This document shows, in pieces, positions 23,273 to 24,000 of a stretch of DNA of 24,000 bases. Made by a program: the position numbers and the translations under genes. The stretch is from Veillonellaceae bacterium (GTDB taxonomy: Bacteria > Bacillota > Negativicutes > Veillonellales > Veillonellaceae), in contig JBHAEC010000106.1 in NCBI GenBank assembly GCA_041855385.1, positions 30,744 to 54,743 of the forward strand, given 5' to 3'. Positions within the stretch are counted from its first letter, which is position 1. Each line of letters opens with the position of its first letter. Under the pieces are notes generated by a model. The model saw only the letters and a program-made list of their open reading frames with translations, made no database searches and had not been told where the DNA came from.

Positions 23273-24000
23273 ATATTTGGTAAAGACAAAGAATGGTGAC
23301 TCGGAGGGAGGAACTATTTTAGCGGAATCTATTGAGGAAGTCCAACTGAAACTATCAAAAGAGAAGAGATTTATTCTTCAAATAGCAGAGGAAAAGGAGA
23401 GTCGACGGTGGTGGAGAAAAGGAGAGTTTTCCCAATGGTCTTCTAAGGAAGTGGCAAGCTTTTCTTTTCAGGTAGGGCTTCTGATACAGGCCGGTATTTC
23501 GATTAAGCAAATTATGAGCGTCTTGGCGAAACAGAATGTGAGAACTCTTAGATACAAGAAAATAAAAGAAGAAGTCAATCGAGGGGAGGCTCTTGAGACA
23601 GTTTTAAAGAAGAACGGATTTCCCGCTTTGGCTTGTACTATTGTTGCGGCCGGAAGGGAATCGGGACTATTGGGAGAGGCGTTTCTTTATGTTCATGAAC
23701 ATTATGAACGGGAAGGAAAGTGGAAAAGTAAAATGATACAGGCTTTGATTTATCCTTCTTTTGTTTTAGCTTTTTTAGGAATAGGCTTTATAGGAGCTAC
23801 CATATTTATTTTTCCTACGTTTAAAGAGGTGTTTGATTCATTAGGAGTGGAGCTACCTTATATTACAAAACTTTTTTTTACATTCGGAGAATGGCTTTTG
23901 CATAGTAAAAAAGAGCTTGCGTTGAGTGTTCTTGCCTTTTTCCTTGTATTGATGGGACTAAAGGAAAATAAGTATATCCGTTTCTTTTGTCACAAAAGGT
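23259..24000 (+). CDS. pilC: type II secretion system F / PilC-family platform protein, 3'-truncated by window edge
   Basis: Not in the supplied track because it has no stop. ATG 23259 (GGAGGA RBS 5 nt upstream) overlaps the pilT end by 14 nt, and I read no stop codon in this frame to nt 24000. 'FSFQVGLLIQAGISIKQIMSVLA', 'GEALETVL' and 'TIVAAGRESGLLGEAF' are GspF-type motifs. Confidence 0.8.
   Translation, partial: MKYYKYLVKTKNGDSEGGTILAESIEEVQLKLSKEKRFILQIAEEKESRRWWRKGEFSQWSSKEVASFSFQVGLLIQAGISIKQIMSVLAKQNVRTLRYKKIKEEVNRGEALETVLKKNGFPALACTIVAAGRESGLLGEAFLYVHEHYEREGKWKSKMIQALIYPSFVLAFLGIGFIGATIFIFPTFKEVFDSLGVELPYITKLFFTFGEWLLHSKKELALSVLAFFLVLMGLKENKYIRFFCHKR

Noticed and set aside
1-24000. 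CRISPR arrays, rRNA genes, IS elements and long tandem or inverted repeats.
   Set aside because: Reading both strands revealed none. The only repeats are the short terminator stems and the protein-level repeats of the adhesin.

Overview
24-kb chromosomal window, probably from a diderm Firmicute (Negativicutes/Veillonellaceae-like). This is inferred from a Firmicute-type sigma-A and strong AGGAGG-type RBSs occurring together with an outer-membrane trimeric autotransporter and type IV pilus genes. Gene order: 3' part of rpoD/sigA; a CAU-anticodon tRNA; a YadA-type trimeric autotransporter adhesin; a MATE efflux pump (-); a TerC-family membrane protein; a rhodanese lipoprotein; an rlmD/rumA-type 23S rRNA methyltransferase; a ~4.1-kb AT-rich single-gene island; an EmrE-type SMR pump (-) with a terminator inside its leader; a small hydrophobic ORF (-); a stand-alone purC; a secreted cupin (-); a macrodomain ADP-ribose hydrolase; an NCS2 purine permease (-); an alanine/glycine:cation symporter (-); a YczE/YitT-like membrane protein (-); an Mrp/NBP35 ATPase; and the start of a type IV pilus operon (pilB-pilT-pilC, the last gene running off the window). 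I saw no rRNA, CRISPR array, transposase or integrase. The main candidate for a new system is the island gene at 8259-11993. It encodes a solitary 1,244-aa protein with a nuclease-like N-terminus, an NB-ARC/STAND-like P-loop NTPase and a ~880-aa helical C-terminal arm, which is the architecture of Avs-type antiphage sensors. It lies directly behind a decayed, frame-shifted C-terminal tail of rlmD. All functional calls come from reading motifs by eye; no database search was possible.
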